Assembly: GCA_040954595.2 (NCBI GenBank)
Contig: CM082598.2
Coordinates: forward strand, 5,719,097 to 5,783,096
Direction of reading: 5' to 3'
From: Balanoglossus misakiensis
Taxonomy: Eukaryota; Animalia; Hemichordata
DNA: 64,000 nt
Shown: positions 23,201 through 36,320 of the stretch, piece after piece
Layout: each line of letters begins with the position of its first letter
How positions within the stretch are numbered: the stretch's first letter is position 1
The notes under the pieces: generated by a model
Database searches by the model: none
What the model was told of the DNA's origin: nothing
The model's input: only the letters and a program-made list of their open reading frames with translations
Program-made: the position numbers and the translations under genes

Positions 23201-26200
23201 TTGTGACATTGTTCTCATGCTCCTCCTTCATTACTTACAGGATGGAGACACCCCTTTGCATGATGCAGCAAGGTTTGGTGATGAAGGCCGTGTCAAATTG
23301 TTATTGGAACACAAAGCTGATGCTAACATACAAAACAAGGTAAATACCAACATGACTTCAACAGGTTTATTCTAATCAACATACAAACATTTGTTTGTTT
23401 GTTTTGATTACTAATTTAAGGAGACCTCACAGTACATTTCAATTGCTGTGACATTGTTCTCATGCTCCTCCTTCATTACTTACAGGTTGGAGACACACCT
23501 TTGCACTATGCAGCAGCAAAGTCTGGTGCTGAAGGCCGTGTCAGATTGTTATTGGAAAACAAAGCTGATGCTAACATACAAAACAAGGTAAATACCAACC
23601 TGACTTCTACAGGTTTATTCTAATCTGATCGACATACAAACATTTGTTTGTTTGTTTTGTTTACTTATTTAAGGAGACCTCACAGTACATTTCAATTTTT
23701 GTGACATTGTTCTCATGCTCCTCCTTTCATTACTTACAGGGTGGAGACACACCTTTGCACTATGCAGCAAGGTATGGTGATGAAGGCCGTGTCAAATTGT
23801 TATTGGAACACAAAGCTGATGCTAACATACAAAACAAGGTAAATACCAACCTGACTTCTACAGGTTTATTCTAATCTGATCGACATACAAATATTTGTTT
23901 GTGTGTGTGTTTGTTTGTTTGTTTGTTTGTTTGTAAGGAAACCTCACATAACATTTCAATTTTGTGACATTGTTCTCATTCTCCTCCTTCATTACTTACA
24001 GGATGGAAACACACCTTTGCACTTTGCAGCAAGGAATGATGATGAAGGCCGTGTCAGATTGTTATTGGAACACAAAGCTGATGCTAACATACAAAACAAG
24101 GTAAATACCAACCTGACTTCTACAGGTTAATTCTAATCAACATACAAACATTTGTTTGTGTCTTTGTTTGTTTGTTTGTTTGTATTAAAGGAAACCTCAC
24201 ATAACATTTCAATTTTTGTGACATTGTTCTCATTCTCCTCCTTCATTACTTACAGGATGGAAACACACCTTTGCACTCTGCAGCAAGGAATGGTGATGAA
24301 GGCCGTGTCAGATTGTTATTGGAACACAAAGCTGATGCTAACATACAAAACAAGGTAAATACCAACCTGACTTCTACAAGGTTTATTCTAATCAACATAC
24401 AAACATTTGTTTGTGTCTTTGTTTGTTTGTTTGTTTGTAAGGAAACCTCACATAACATTTCAATTTTTGTGACATTGTTCTCATTCTCCTCCTTTATTAC
24501 TTACAGGGTCTTTGTTTGTTTGTTTGTTTGTAAGGAAACCTCACATAACATTTCAATTTTTGTGACATTGTTCTCATTCTCCTCCTTCATTACTTACAGG
24601 ATGGAAACACACCTTTGCACTCTGCAGCAAGGAATGGTGATGAAGGCCGTGTCAGATTGTTATTGGAACACAAAGCTGATGCTAACATACAAAACAAGGT
24701 AAATACCAACATGACTTCTACAGGTTAATTCTAATCAACATACAAACATTTTGTTTGTTTGTTTGTTTGTTTAAAGGAAACCTCACAGTACATTAATTTT
24801 TAAATTTTTGACATTGTTCTCATGCTCCTCCTTCATTACTTACAGGATGGAGACACACCTTTGCACTTTGCAGCAGAGGATGGTGATGAAGGCGGTGTCA
24901 GATTGTTATTGGAACACAAAGCTGATGCTAACATACAAAACAAGGTAAATACCAACCTGACTTCTACAAGGTTTATTCTAACCAACATACAAACATTTTG
25001 TTTGTTTGTTTGTTTGTTTGTTTGTTTAAATGAAACCTCACAGTACATTAATTTTTAAATTTTTGACATTGTTCTCATGCTCCTCCTTCATTACTTACAG
25101 GATGGAGACACACCTTTGCACTTTGCAGCAAGGGATGGTGATGAAGGCCGTGTCAGATTGTTATTGGAACACAAAGCTGATGTGACTATACAAAACAAGG
25201 TAAATACCTATACAGACACAAATAATTGTCTGTTTGTTTGATTATTTTTATCTCTTTATTATTGTCACATAGCGAAACTCTTCATGAAATTGATGTTAAT
25301 CTACTGTAGAAATTGTTATTGGAACTCAAATCAAACTATTGATGTACCGGTATTTATAGTCAGTTTCATTCTACATTTCACGTTTGTTTTGAAGACATTT
25401 ATGTAGGGATCGTTATTGTAAAGAAGATATGGTGACAGTTTTAGATTACTCTTTCAGTTCATCTTTCAACAAACTGAAACTAAAAGCCTATTTAGAGGAG
25501 ATACCAACCACTACAGTTTCCTCATTTTGGAGTTTTGTTTTGCATCCTTTGCAACCACTACCACCACCATTGTAGGTTGGTACTGCAGGTATGTTTTGCG
25601 GCACTGTTTATACGCACCTATAGTCCCGATCTTGCTGTATCTCCTACATGAAGTACTTGCTTTTGTTTTTTTGCACAGGATGGCGACACAGCACTCCATA
25701 TGGCAGCAATGGGCGACTCTTGGAGACAGGATTATGTTGTGAAACTGTTGCTGCAATATGGAGCTGATATTGACTGCAAAAATAAGGTACAATCTTCTAT
25801 TGCTTATTTCAATATTTTATTCCATTAAACTGACACCATACGTTCGGATTAACTCCCATTTTTAAAGTTGAATCTTCAGAACCATTGAATTTGAAATTCA
25901 ATTTGTATGACTACAATTTTATCAGAATGTTTCAACAAAACCGTATGAAGTTGATGCAATTATAATGTTCAGCAAATAGTACTTTCCCAATCCATTGTTT
26001 TTGTTGTTGATAAATTGGACTTTGGGCATTGGACTCTCTCACAGTCCCCCTCGCCGCCTATGCATATACTTATGGTCTGGTTGCATGTGTGTCGCTACAC
26101 CATGGTTCTTCTCCTTTGCTAAACGGTTGAGGGCGCGTTAGTGTACAACTACAACATGGAAAGAACCTAGTAGCAAACCGTGGGCTGTGAGAGAGTCTAT

Positions 26201-29200
26201 ACGATATTACGGTATATACAAATATTCTCGGGCATAGCATTTTGAGAGATGTAGGGTCATGTTCCTAAGAATCCTTTGACTCGACATGACGATGCCAATC
26301 CTAACACTGACTTTCTTATGGTTTTTGATCAGCTTTCTGAAATTTTAGTTATGATGAATTACAATGATACCCTTTATCTTACTTTTGATCTCTCAATACA
26401 CAAATGTTCATTTCTCTTGTAGTTGTCTACATACTAGAAATGTGATGGAATCATTGACAATTATGAAAGTTTCAATGTCACAAAAGCTGTCGGCTAATCT
26501 ATTAAATGATTTCTGTTTTAAAGTATTATCTTATCAATATCAACATCATAACTGATAGTTACTTCTTTTATCCCAATAAAACTTAGACCGGAAAGACACC
26601 ACTAGATGTCGCTAGAAGTTACAGCTCAGCTGTAGAGCGTGTGTTGTTGGATTACATTAGGGTGAGTGTAATTCTTCAAATTTGAATAATACATAACCTG
26701 ACATGCAAATTCTTAATATGTATCCTGAATTAAGAGTGTCCGTAAATATCAATGTAATAATTTGCTACTTAATTCATGTATTTTCATGATTTCTTTTATT
26801 CAACATACAAGAAACGAAACGAGTACAATGCCCTGATGAAGGAATCAGGTGTGGAATGTGACACTTTTAAGTTGTTCTTCGCTGGAGATGGTGGAGTTGG
26901 TAAGACTACACTGTTGAAGTCACTTCAGAGGGTATGTTTGTACTTATTTTTGTGTAACAGTTCTAGTATGCCATAACATCATAATACATTCACATTGTAT
27001 GTATAGTGCATATTAGGCAACTACTGACAGAATGTCACAGGTGAACTTTGGATAATTAAAACATACGCATTTTTGATGAAATTTTGTGTACTAGGTAGAT
27101 AGTGAAATTTTTTTCTTTCACTTTTCCTTATCAAAGACTAAAGAAATAACCCTGGGATCTGAAGAAAGTGAACACATTCCCACACCTGGTATTGATGTCC
27201 AAAGTGTTCATATTCGTGATGTAGGAAATGTCAGTGTTTGGGATTTTGCCGGCCAGGCTGAGTATTACGTCACTCATAACATGTTTCTAGGAGCACCCAA
27301 TGCTGTCTCCATATTGGTGTTCAAAGCTACAGACGAGAATGGTAAACTCAACACCTTTGAAGGTGTGTTCCCACGGGTAAGAATCTTCACAGTAAATTTA
27401 TTAATATTAAACATGCTTGAGACTGGAAATCCAATGAACGTATTTCATCATTTTCCATATCCAAGACAGAAGAAACTGACCATTCCCGAAATATCACACT
27501 TTTCTTGAATTATAATCTCATATTCACGATCCCTTTAAATTTGCCTCAAAATTAATATAATATTTGTTTAATTTATACAAATATTCTCATTTGTAGATTT
27601 TGTTTTGGTTGCGGTTTCTGAAAGGAACAACCCACATGGATAGGTATTCATTCGATGAGCCCAGTGAAAGATACAAGAAACCAGTGGTGATATTGGTTGC
27701 AAGTCGAGCTGATCAGTTGAAGAGAATCGATATGGCTCTAGGTTGGTGTTGTCAGCTCAATCACATGCATATACTGTACAATTTCAAGCTTATTATTTAA
27801 CATGTACTGGTACGTAACATGTGTTGATTAGGGAGAAGAACATGTATAGTTTTTGGACATGTCAAAGTTTGAAAAAAAACCCAGCTATTATGATGTCCAT
27901 TTTAAGCACTAGCTAGCTGTCATGAAGGAAAAGTTTCACGGCGGAACTTTATGCCTTTAACTACTTTTCTATTTTTTTGTAATTTCACAGCTCGTCATAT
28001 GCTAGACGAAGTTCTGACAAGAGCACAGGAAATGTTTCAAGATTATTTGGACATAGTGAACGACATATTTCTGGTGAATTGCCGTGATTCTACAGACAGT
28101 AAAATGAAGCAAGTCCGCGCCTGTTTACGTCGGAAAAAAGTAATAATATTTCGCTGTTGTCAATATTGCCTCTGAATTGTTCTACCTTTATAAACACACA
28201 AACACTCTATACCATACAATTACAAGATTCAGTTTCATACCTGCTCCTTGAAAAAATGCAAAGACTCAAAGTGTTGGCAACATACTACCAATGTACATTG
28301 TATGTTTGATATTAACCCTTGCTTATAAGCACCACTTGCAAATGATTAGGTTACATATTTATCCAATTTTAGGAGCTGCCAACATGTGAACTGTTTCAAA
28401 ATGTAGCTTAATTTCAAGAAAGAAAATATGGTAACATAACATAGTCACATTTGACAAATATGTGATTACCTCCAGGCTCCTTGTGTTTTATTCATCACTT
28501 GTGAGACTTGCTTGACAAGTTATGCTGTTATTTAATATTTCTTGTTGTAATTTTTAGACAGTAAAAACACTTCCAAGCGTGTGTGCCAAGATAATGGAAA
28601 AGAAGAGGGAATTATATGACAACTTTCCAGCTCTTTATTGGACAGAATATGTTGCAGGAATCAAAGAAATATACCCCACGGTTGACGAAAGGTTCTTACA
28701 AATAGCCACCAACTATCTGCATGACATCGGCCAGGTCAGTAACAAGAAACAACATGTTGCTCATCCATTCTCTTTCAGTACAGATACTAGGCAGAGTGAA
28801 TGTGATATTTCCATCAGTTACAAACTATTTTTCTCTTCAAAAATCTGCAAAGGCAAATTTTATAGTGTATTATTGTCTCACTGTATGATTGTAATTGTTT
28901 GTGGTTTTGGATCCCCAATATTTCTTTAATCATAATAATATCACAAAATTACCAAAGATTATGTTAAGGTGACTTTAAGATTAAACTATTCAACTTGGCT
29001 GCCTGTAAATTGGCTTGTTGTGAGATTTTGAGGATGAACTAAACACATATGCATGTCAAAAATTTGTCCGATGATAATTGTTTAAGCAATAATGTATGCC
29101 CCAATATGCCATAATTGACAAAAGCACATATTATGGAGTAAATGCAATGATTTCTTTTGGCTAGGGTTGATATATCAATGAGCAGGATCATTATGGTATT

Positions 29201-30851
29201 GGAATCAAATGGTTTAGATAATTCATTATCAGTGGCATACTGTAGTCCCCACTGGAGCAATAGAAATGAAATTATTGAAGTTCCAAATACAGTTGTTGTG
29301 TAATTCAGTATTTAAGGATTGTGCCTTGCATACATTCATGTATCAAAATATTTCTTTTCTTGTGTACAGCTTTTGTTTGTGAAGAAGTCATCTTCGGAAA
29401 GAGAAGATGTCGTGGTATTGGATCCAAACTGGTTGTGTTACAGGATATTTGGACCAATGTTGGCCACCCCTTTATTTGCAGAATTCAGTTCCAGATTCAA
29501 GAGAGATTGCTTTCAGACGATGGATCAGATAGAAGATGTACTTGGTGACCGTGTAAACAGCAAACTTCTCATCGACCTTCTGGAAGATTTTGAGCTTCTC
29601 TGTCATGCACATGGCCTCACAAAGACTGGAGAGAAACTTTTCGTCATACCAGGGCTTCAAGACGATGATATGCCTGAAGGCCATTGGGAGAAGAGCGAAG
29701 TGAAGACAATTTACCTTGGAAGACGATTCGAATGCCACGATAAAACAGATTCCTTTACGGCAGGCTTTTTCCCAAGATTACAGACCCGTCTATATAAGCG
29801 TTTCACCAACCTTGGCCATCCGCCCAGTGGCTTATGGAGAAATGGTATCAAAGTGTGTCATGAAGTTGAAGGTCTTGTCTTTATGACCAATGGCAGAAGG
29901 GCAGTCAATGTCTGTGTACGAGTTAAAGACAAGAAGTCGATTGGTGAGGGCTACAAACTTCTTGAGATGGTTTCCAAAGAAGTACATGATGTCTTCTCGA
30001 TCGCCTGTCCAGGCAACAGGATGAATCAGCTTATCCTGAGTGCAGATTCTCTTGCAAACCACAGCAATGTAGAAAAAATACCATTTTACACTCTTGATGA
30101 CGTACTACGTGCAGAAGACATGGGAAAGAAAGTTTACAACAAAGAAGTCGGTGAAGCAGAAGATGTTTGTGACCTGCTTTGTCAAGGTCATGACACAACG
30201 ATCTTACGACATAAATGGAAATACTGTGATATCAAATGGATGCTTGAAGAAACCAGAAAAACACTGACTGAGAGAATGGACATTCAACGTGCACCATCTT
30301 TGCACTATGCCCTAATGGCAGAAAAATTCATGGGAATCGTCTACCAAGATGTCAGGGCATTTGAAGAGATGTCGGCAAAAACAGGCATACCAGTTACAGA
30401 ATACATCTTTCAAGAGTGGTGTCGTAGATGGGTAGGGACAAGACGTCTTCAATGGGAAAAAGACACAGAACTCCTGACCACTTCTCATGACACATGTAAT
30501 GTTGATAGTGGTTTTGCAACGATGTCACCATCATCTGAACAACCAGACTCGAGTGTCCAATTCCGACGAGGAAAAGACACCACTACAGCTGCAGGTTCCA
30601 GAGCCATCTCACCTGACATAGAGACCTCCGAAGGTCGTTCAGCAAAAATGTCACACTCATCAACATTGTCACCCCAACAAGATTCTGATGAAGTGGAGGC
30701 TCAGAAAACAAGACGGAAGTATCCACATTTAAAGGGACCTGTCTTCGAAAGCAACTTTGAGAATCTGTTGGCAATATTCAGCACCATGGGAAGAGACGAT
30801 ATGGTCGGATTGATTGAAGAGATGTTCGAGAAATTGGAAGAACGCAGATAG
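20226..30851 (+). CDS. ANK-Roc-COR-death domain ROCO protein, copy 2, complete model (~1375 aa)
   Basis: Exons 20226-20282 (MGNFCCKK..), 20856-20921, 21271-21384, 21622-21717; 13 ANK exons starting 22013, 22260, 22504, 22748, 22996, 23241, 23486, 23740, 24002, 24256, 24600, 24846, 25101; then 25679-25786, 26587-26661, 26812-26931, 27137-27376, 27597-27741, 27991-28139, 28558-28734, 29370-30851; open throughout. Confidence 0.85.
21960..25210 (+). repeat. Tandem array of 13 single-ankyrin exon modules plus one exon-less module
   Basis: Same ~245-bp module as unit 1; extra 93-bp intron-end duplication at 24415-24600. Confidence 0.95.
26030..26199. mobile_element. ~170-bp TIR element in ROCO copy 2 intron
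   Basis: gactctctcacag ... ctgtgagagagtc inverted ends; not present in the matching intron sequence at ~53120. Confidence 0.6.
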
Positions 30852-31599
30852 ACTGTCAAAAGAAGAGCAGATAACGTGTGAAAACCAGAATTTGATTGCT
30901 TCAAATTCCACCCAGTAAACTAAAACCATGTGTTTTCAATGGCTATAGAAATGTCAGGGGTAACTGAAACATGAATCTGATATGGAAATATTATAGCCAT
31001 GCACCCCTATGCGACAGTTCAGACCAGTTTTCTGATAGTGCAGACACCTAAATGGTAGGAAATGGTAAACTAATTTGTCTAAAAATGCAAAATAGCATTT
31101 TGGACAGCGGTACAATAAGAGAAAAAAAGATGTAAGACAAGCAATCATGCATTAGGTCAATGTGTATAACTTTATTGACATCAAAACCATGTCAAACAAG
31201 TCTGAAGAAATCAAAATGTATACTCGATGCTCTCAGGGTGAATGGAAATCTTGGGAGTCATCTATTCAGCTAAGGTCAGTGTAATGTACAGGTAAATATT
31301 GCAAATATGTCTCTATTTCTGGTAAATGTGTTGTTGCAGTATTTACACATTACCCTTTCAATGTACACTCAAGTCAACTTGTCATTTTTCACAAATGTCA
31401 TATTTTTCTCCTAAAATTTTGAACAAGATCTTAAGATAATGGAAAATTGTGTCCTCTTGGTCTAGAATTAAAGGAAAAAATAACGGAAAATGTGTGAAAA
31501 TGATGAAAATTTTGCACCACATTTTGACAGGGAAAATGTGTCATTCAAAGGGTTAACAGGTTTGGATTTGAGTAAAGCTATAGATGGCTAGCTATACTT

Positions 31600-34249
31600 T
31601 CAGTATTTTTTCTCTTGGTGCTTTGTACAGAACTTGGAAGCTGTTTCGCTCATTGCTGTGTTGACATTGTCTTTTTGGTGGATTTTGGTGTGACGGTTCA
31701 AGTTGCTGGAATCACTGAAGGTTTTTCCACAGTAATGACACTGGTAAGGTCTTTCCTTGGAGTGAGTTCTCCGATGGGTGATTAGGCGATTGTTACAAGT
31801 GAATCCTTTACCGCACTCTTTGCATGCATAGGGTTTTGTGTTTGTGTGAATCCAGCTATGCTTTTGAAGAGACTGAGGTCTGGCAAATGCCTTGTCGCAG
31901 TCTGTGCAATTGTAGGGTTTGGTGTTTGAGTGCGTCACGCGGTGCTGCTGCAGGATCTGACTGGTGACGTAGCGCTTGCCGCAGTCGCTGCATTCGTGCC
32001 GACGCTGGCCGGTGTGCTGCAGTAAGTGCACTTTCAGGGAAGACATTCGGTTGAACGCTTTTCCGCAGGCTTCGCACACAAACGGACGTTCCTTTGAGTG
32101 TGTCCTGTAGTGCTGTTGCAGGGTGTTCTTCTTGCGGAACGTTTTACCGCATTCTTCGCAGGCGTACGGGCGTTCGGTCGTGTGCGTTGCAGCATGCCGC
32201 TGCAGCTTGCCTTTCGTGTAGAACCTCTTGCCGCAGTCTTTACATTCGTGTGCTCTCTTGCCGGTGTGGAAGCTCTGGTGTCCCTTGAGCGTGTAGCTAT
32301 GTCGGAACCGCTTACCGCAGTCTTTACACTCGTGTGCCCTCTTGTCTGTGTGGAAGCTCTGGTGTCCCTTGAGCGTGTAGCTATGTCGGAACCGCTTGCC
32401 GCAGTCTTTACACTCGTGTGCTCTCTTGCCTGTGTGGAAGCTCTGGTGTCCCTTGAGCGTGTAGCTATGTCGGAACCGCTTACCGCAGTCTTTACACTCG
32501 TGTGCCCTCTTGTCTGTGTGGAAGCTCTGGTGTCCCTTGAGCGTGTAGCTATGTCGGAACCGCTTGCCGCAGTCTTTACACTCGTGTGCTCTCTTGCCTG
32601 TGTGGAAGCTCTGGTGTCCCTTGAGCGTGTAGCTATGTCGGAACCGCTTACCGCAGTCTTTACACTCGTGTGCTCTCTTGCCGGTGTGGAAGCTCTGGTG
32701 TCCCTTGAGCGTGTAGCTATGTCGGAACCGCTTGCCGCAGTCTTTACACTCGTGTGCTCTCTTGCCGGTGTGGAAGCTCTGGTGTCCCTTCAGCGTGTAG
32801 CTATGTCGGAACCGCTTACCGCAGTCTTTACACTCGTGTGCTCTCTTGCCTGTGTGGAAGCTCTGGTGTCCCTTGAGCGTGTAGCTATGTCGGAACCGCT
32901 TGCCGCAGTCTTTACACTCGTGTGCTCTCTTGCCTGTGTGGAAGCTCTGGTGTCCCTTGAGCGTGTAGCTATGTCGGAACCGCTTGCCGCAGTCTTTACA
33001 CTCGTGTGCTCTCTTGCCTGTGTGGAAGCTCTGGTGTCCCTTGAGCGTGTAGCTATGTCGGAACCGCTTGCCGCAGTCTTTACACTCGTGTGCTCTCTTG
33101 CCTGTGTGGAAGCTCTGGTGTCCCTTGAGCGTGTAGCTATGTCGGAACCGCTTACCGCAGTCTTTACACTCGTGTGCTCTCTTGCCTGTGTGGAAGCTCT
33201 GGTGTCCCTTCAGCGTGTAGCTATGTCGGAACCGCTTGCCGCAGTCTTTACACTCGTGTGCTCTCTTGCCGGTGTGGAAGCTCTGGTGTCCCTTGAGCGT
33301 GTAGCTATGTCGGAACCGCTTACCGCAGTACGTGCATTGGAACCGTTTCTCGTTTGAGTGGACCGACAGATGCGACTTGAGTCCCTGTTTTGTGAAGAAG
33401 GCGTTACCGCACTCCTCACATTGATGTCGTCTCTCTCTGTTGTTCGAGTGAATCTCCTGGTGAGCCTTGAGTGTGTAATGCCTCGTGAATGTTTTACCAC
33501 ACACTTTGCATTGATTCGAGTCTCTGTCGACGAGAACATTGTCAGTCTCGAGTTGTGGGATTGAATCGCCTGTATCCTTGGAAACGTGACCATGCAGAGC
33601 AAGACAGTGGACGATGAGATGAATATCTGTTGAAACAACAAGAAGTATTGGTCGTTAGAAAACAAATGGAAATACTGGGACTGTAAATATACTTGTAACA
33701 ATGTTTAACCCTCTCACCAACATGGTTAGGTCCAAACCCAGTGATTTCTAAGGTAAGGATAGACCTCTGCACAAGGAAGTGGGGGTGATAGGGCAACTTC
33801 TTACAGGCTGTGTGGAATTTACATATGCATTAATTGACCTGTCTACAGCTATCTGTCTGTCATGGAGAGTTTAGGAAAGTCTTGTATTGACTGACATACA
33901 TATACCATTTTGTGACAAATTTTCTTCTTGAAATCTCTGTTTGAATTCCTGAGTACACCTTTCAATGATTTCACCAAATACAGTCAGATGATCATACACA
34001 TTTTCAAATGTCTTCTCGTGTTCTGGAATTAGAAATAATATATAATGTTAAAACTGAGAACATGTATATTCATACTTGACACCATTTTAGGTGAGCTAGC
34101 TCTCAACTTTCCACAGTAACTTTCGCTTATTTTGCAGAGGCGTGGCATTGCTTACCAACATTGTTGCCAGGGGCAACGAGCGAGGTGACGCTGACGTCAC
34201 ACGAATTTGCAGCACTACTCAAAGCAATCGGGAAAGGTTCGAAATTCAT
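31600..34249 (-). CDS. Multi-C2H2 zinc-finger protein, copy 2 (22 fingers, 13 with the same recognition helix)
   Basis: Exons 34249-34156, 34022-33906, 33626-31600, in frame; C-terminal tail shifted in frame relative to copy 1. Confidence 0.88.
32227..33329 (-). repeat. 84-bp coding minisatellite, 13 units
   Basis: gtggaagctctgg from 32266 to 33274 = 12 x 84 nt. Confidence 0.95.
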
Positions 34250-34653
34250 CCTGACAATTTCCAAACGGATAAACACCGTCTTCTTCACCGTATATAGACA
34301 CTGGGCAACACTGGTATTCGACTGGGACACTGGTGACTGCTGTCCTGTCAATCGAGGTCAGATTCAGATTCGAGCTCGTGCTCTACTCTTCTGCTCTTTA
34401 GATGCGCAAAGGAATCCTCGGTAAATTGACCCCCCAAAAATGTAGTCCACGAACATTTTTGGGTAAGGGAATGCCATATTTCCATCAATGTCAGGAAAGA
34501 GTGACTATAGCTACAAAATTAATGCATTAAATGCGATGTATTATGCGCATCCGAACCGAACTTCCGGTGCTCTGAACCTGATTCTGAATCTGATTCAAAT
34601 TGACTTCTTACTGTTGTTTCTGTGTGCATTGCGTTACGACCAGACCTCTACCT

Positions 34654-35472
34654 ATGAAATTGAACCTCTTGATGGGATGGGATGAGTTCTCAACTTTTCC
34701 AATTGCTGTGTGGGGCGCTACACATTCTAAGAATGTCAACATAAGCGTGAACTCTATCTCCGCTTCTGACACTAGCGGTTCGGGTAAGTACAGTCTCGCG
34801 GCGGGGCTATAAAGTACATGTACTTAGCTCTGGACCCTGTCCAAATAAACACACGGCAGAAGTAGTCGCAAGCTATCCAGCCAGGTCAAAATGCCCAGAA
34901 ATTAGTTGTCCATATTCAAGTTGTCAATGCCAGGGGAGTGTGATTTGATAAGGCATATTTTTACATTCTGAAATTATGCAATAATGATGGTTGTTATCCT
35001 GAACGTGCTGAGAGATTTGTAGGGAAAGTGTTAAGAAAACGATCTCTTTCAATTGTTCCCATTAATGTATACAATCACCTTTAATTTACATTGTCCATAT
35101 ATGGTTGAAAGTACATGTCTAAGTCACTCTACAAAAGTCTGTGATTGGCTAGATTACTCCTTTCCATGACAACTGTGGCGTAATTTGCATAAGTGACCTT
35201 GTATCTGGTATATTTTAATTACAGGATTCCGCAAAAAGCCAGAATGTTTCATCCATGATGATTTATCTCCTGAAGAGATCAACAAATTTGGTGAAATCTT
35301 TGACAGAGCAAATGAAGAACTATTTGAATGCAAAGACTGTGGTAAACGTTTCACCCATAGTGACGCTCTACAGAAACACATGTATTGTTTTCAAAAGAAT
35401 TTGAGTGCCTCTTGCATTTTTGTTGTTACATGTATTATTATTATTGACATTAAATCAGTACTTGTAATTTAA
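34654..35472 (+). pseudogene. Truncated single-finger ZNF paralog, copy 2
   Basis: Exons 34654-34783 and 35225-35472, same frame and length as copy 1. Confidence 0.65.
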
Positions 35473-35951
35473 AACAGTTTATAACTTTTTTCAATTAATA
35501 TTATTGACTGACAACTAGTAGTTTATTTGTCATGAATGCCAGAATATATTTTTGTTTGACATTTTGGGGGAAAGTTTAGAAATTTACAAACCTGGTAGTA
35601 TTAACCCATTCATCAATATGGTTCAGTCCAAATCCGTTGTTTTCTGCTTGGAGGTTGGACCTGCAAAGAGGGAACTGGGGGTCAAAGGGTGAAAATATAT
35701 CATCTTAGTTTGAGTGAGCATGTTCTTGTAAATTTTGAGTTTGGATTACAAAGTCTTTCACTCTGAATATTACTACAGTACTGTAAACATTCATCAGCAT
35801 TCCAAGACTACAATAATGAAATTGTATGTATTTTTGTACTTTGCTGTATATGTAAACATCCACACATTCTGTTGTGTATTGAAGTCCATAAAGGCATTGT
35901 TCACATAAAATATACACATTCTCAGATGTCATTTTTCATGTTAAGGACACA

Positions 35952-36320
35952 TTAGGGACCGTTCAGTTTTTACGGCCGGGGGGGGGGCCGCAAAATCCAG
36001 GGGGTCACTTAAATTTTGAAGTCCAAAAGAGGGGGGGTCATCTGGGTTTTTTTAATGTTTAAGGGGGGTCACATACTTTTGCCACCGAACTTTTGCTTTT
36101 GAGTCCACAAAATTGCAGTTTCGTGCCCTTTATTTTACAAAATTTCCTAATGTGGGAGGGGGACACACCCACCCTCTCCATTCTTCGCCACATTACATTT
36201 ATTCGCTGGTTTGTCTAGTGTACCAGGTCAGACTTCTTGCCACCCCACCCCCGATGCTTACTTTGAGTGGAGTAGCAAAATTAAAATTTGTCCTCCCTAA
36301 CATTGAGTTAATTTGCTTAC
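35952..36320. mobile_element. G-run-rich putative transposon end (tagggaccgttcagtttt...), units 2 and 3; unrelated sequence at 12232-12738 in unit 1
   Basis: Units diverge right after cattagggac and units 1 and 2 rejoin at cattgtatagaacatg; other terminus not seen. Confidence 0.4.
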
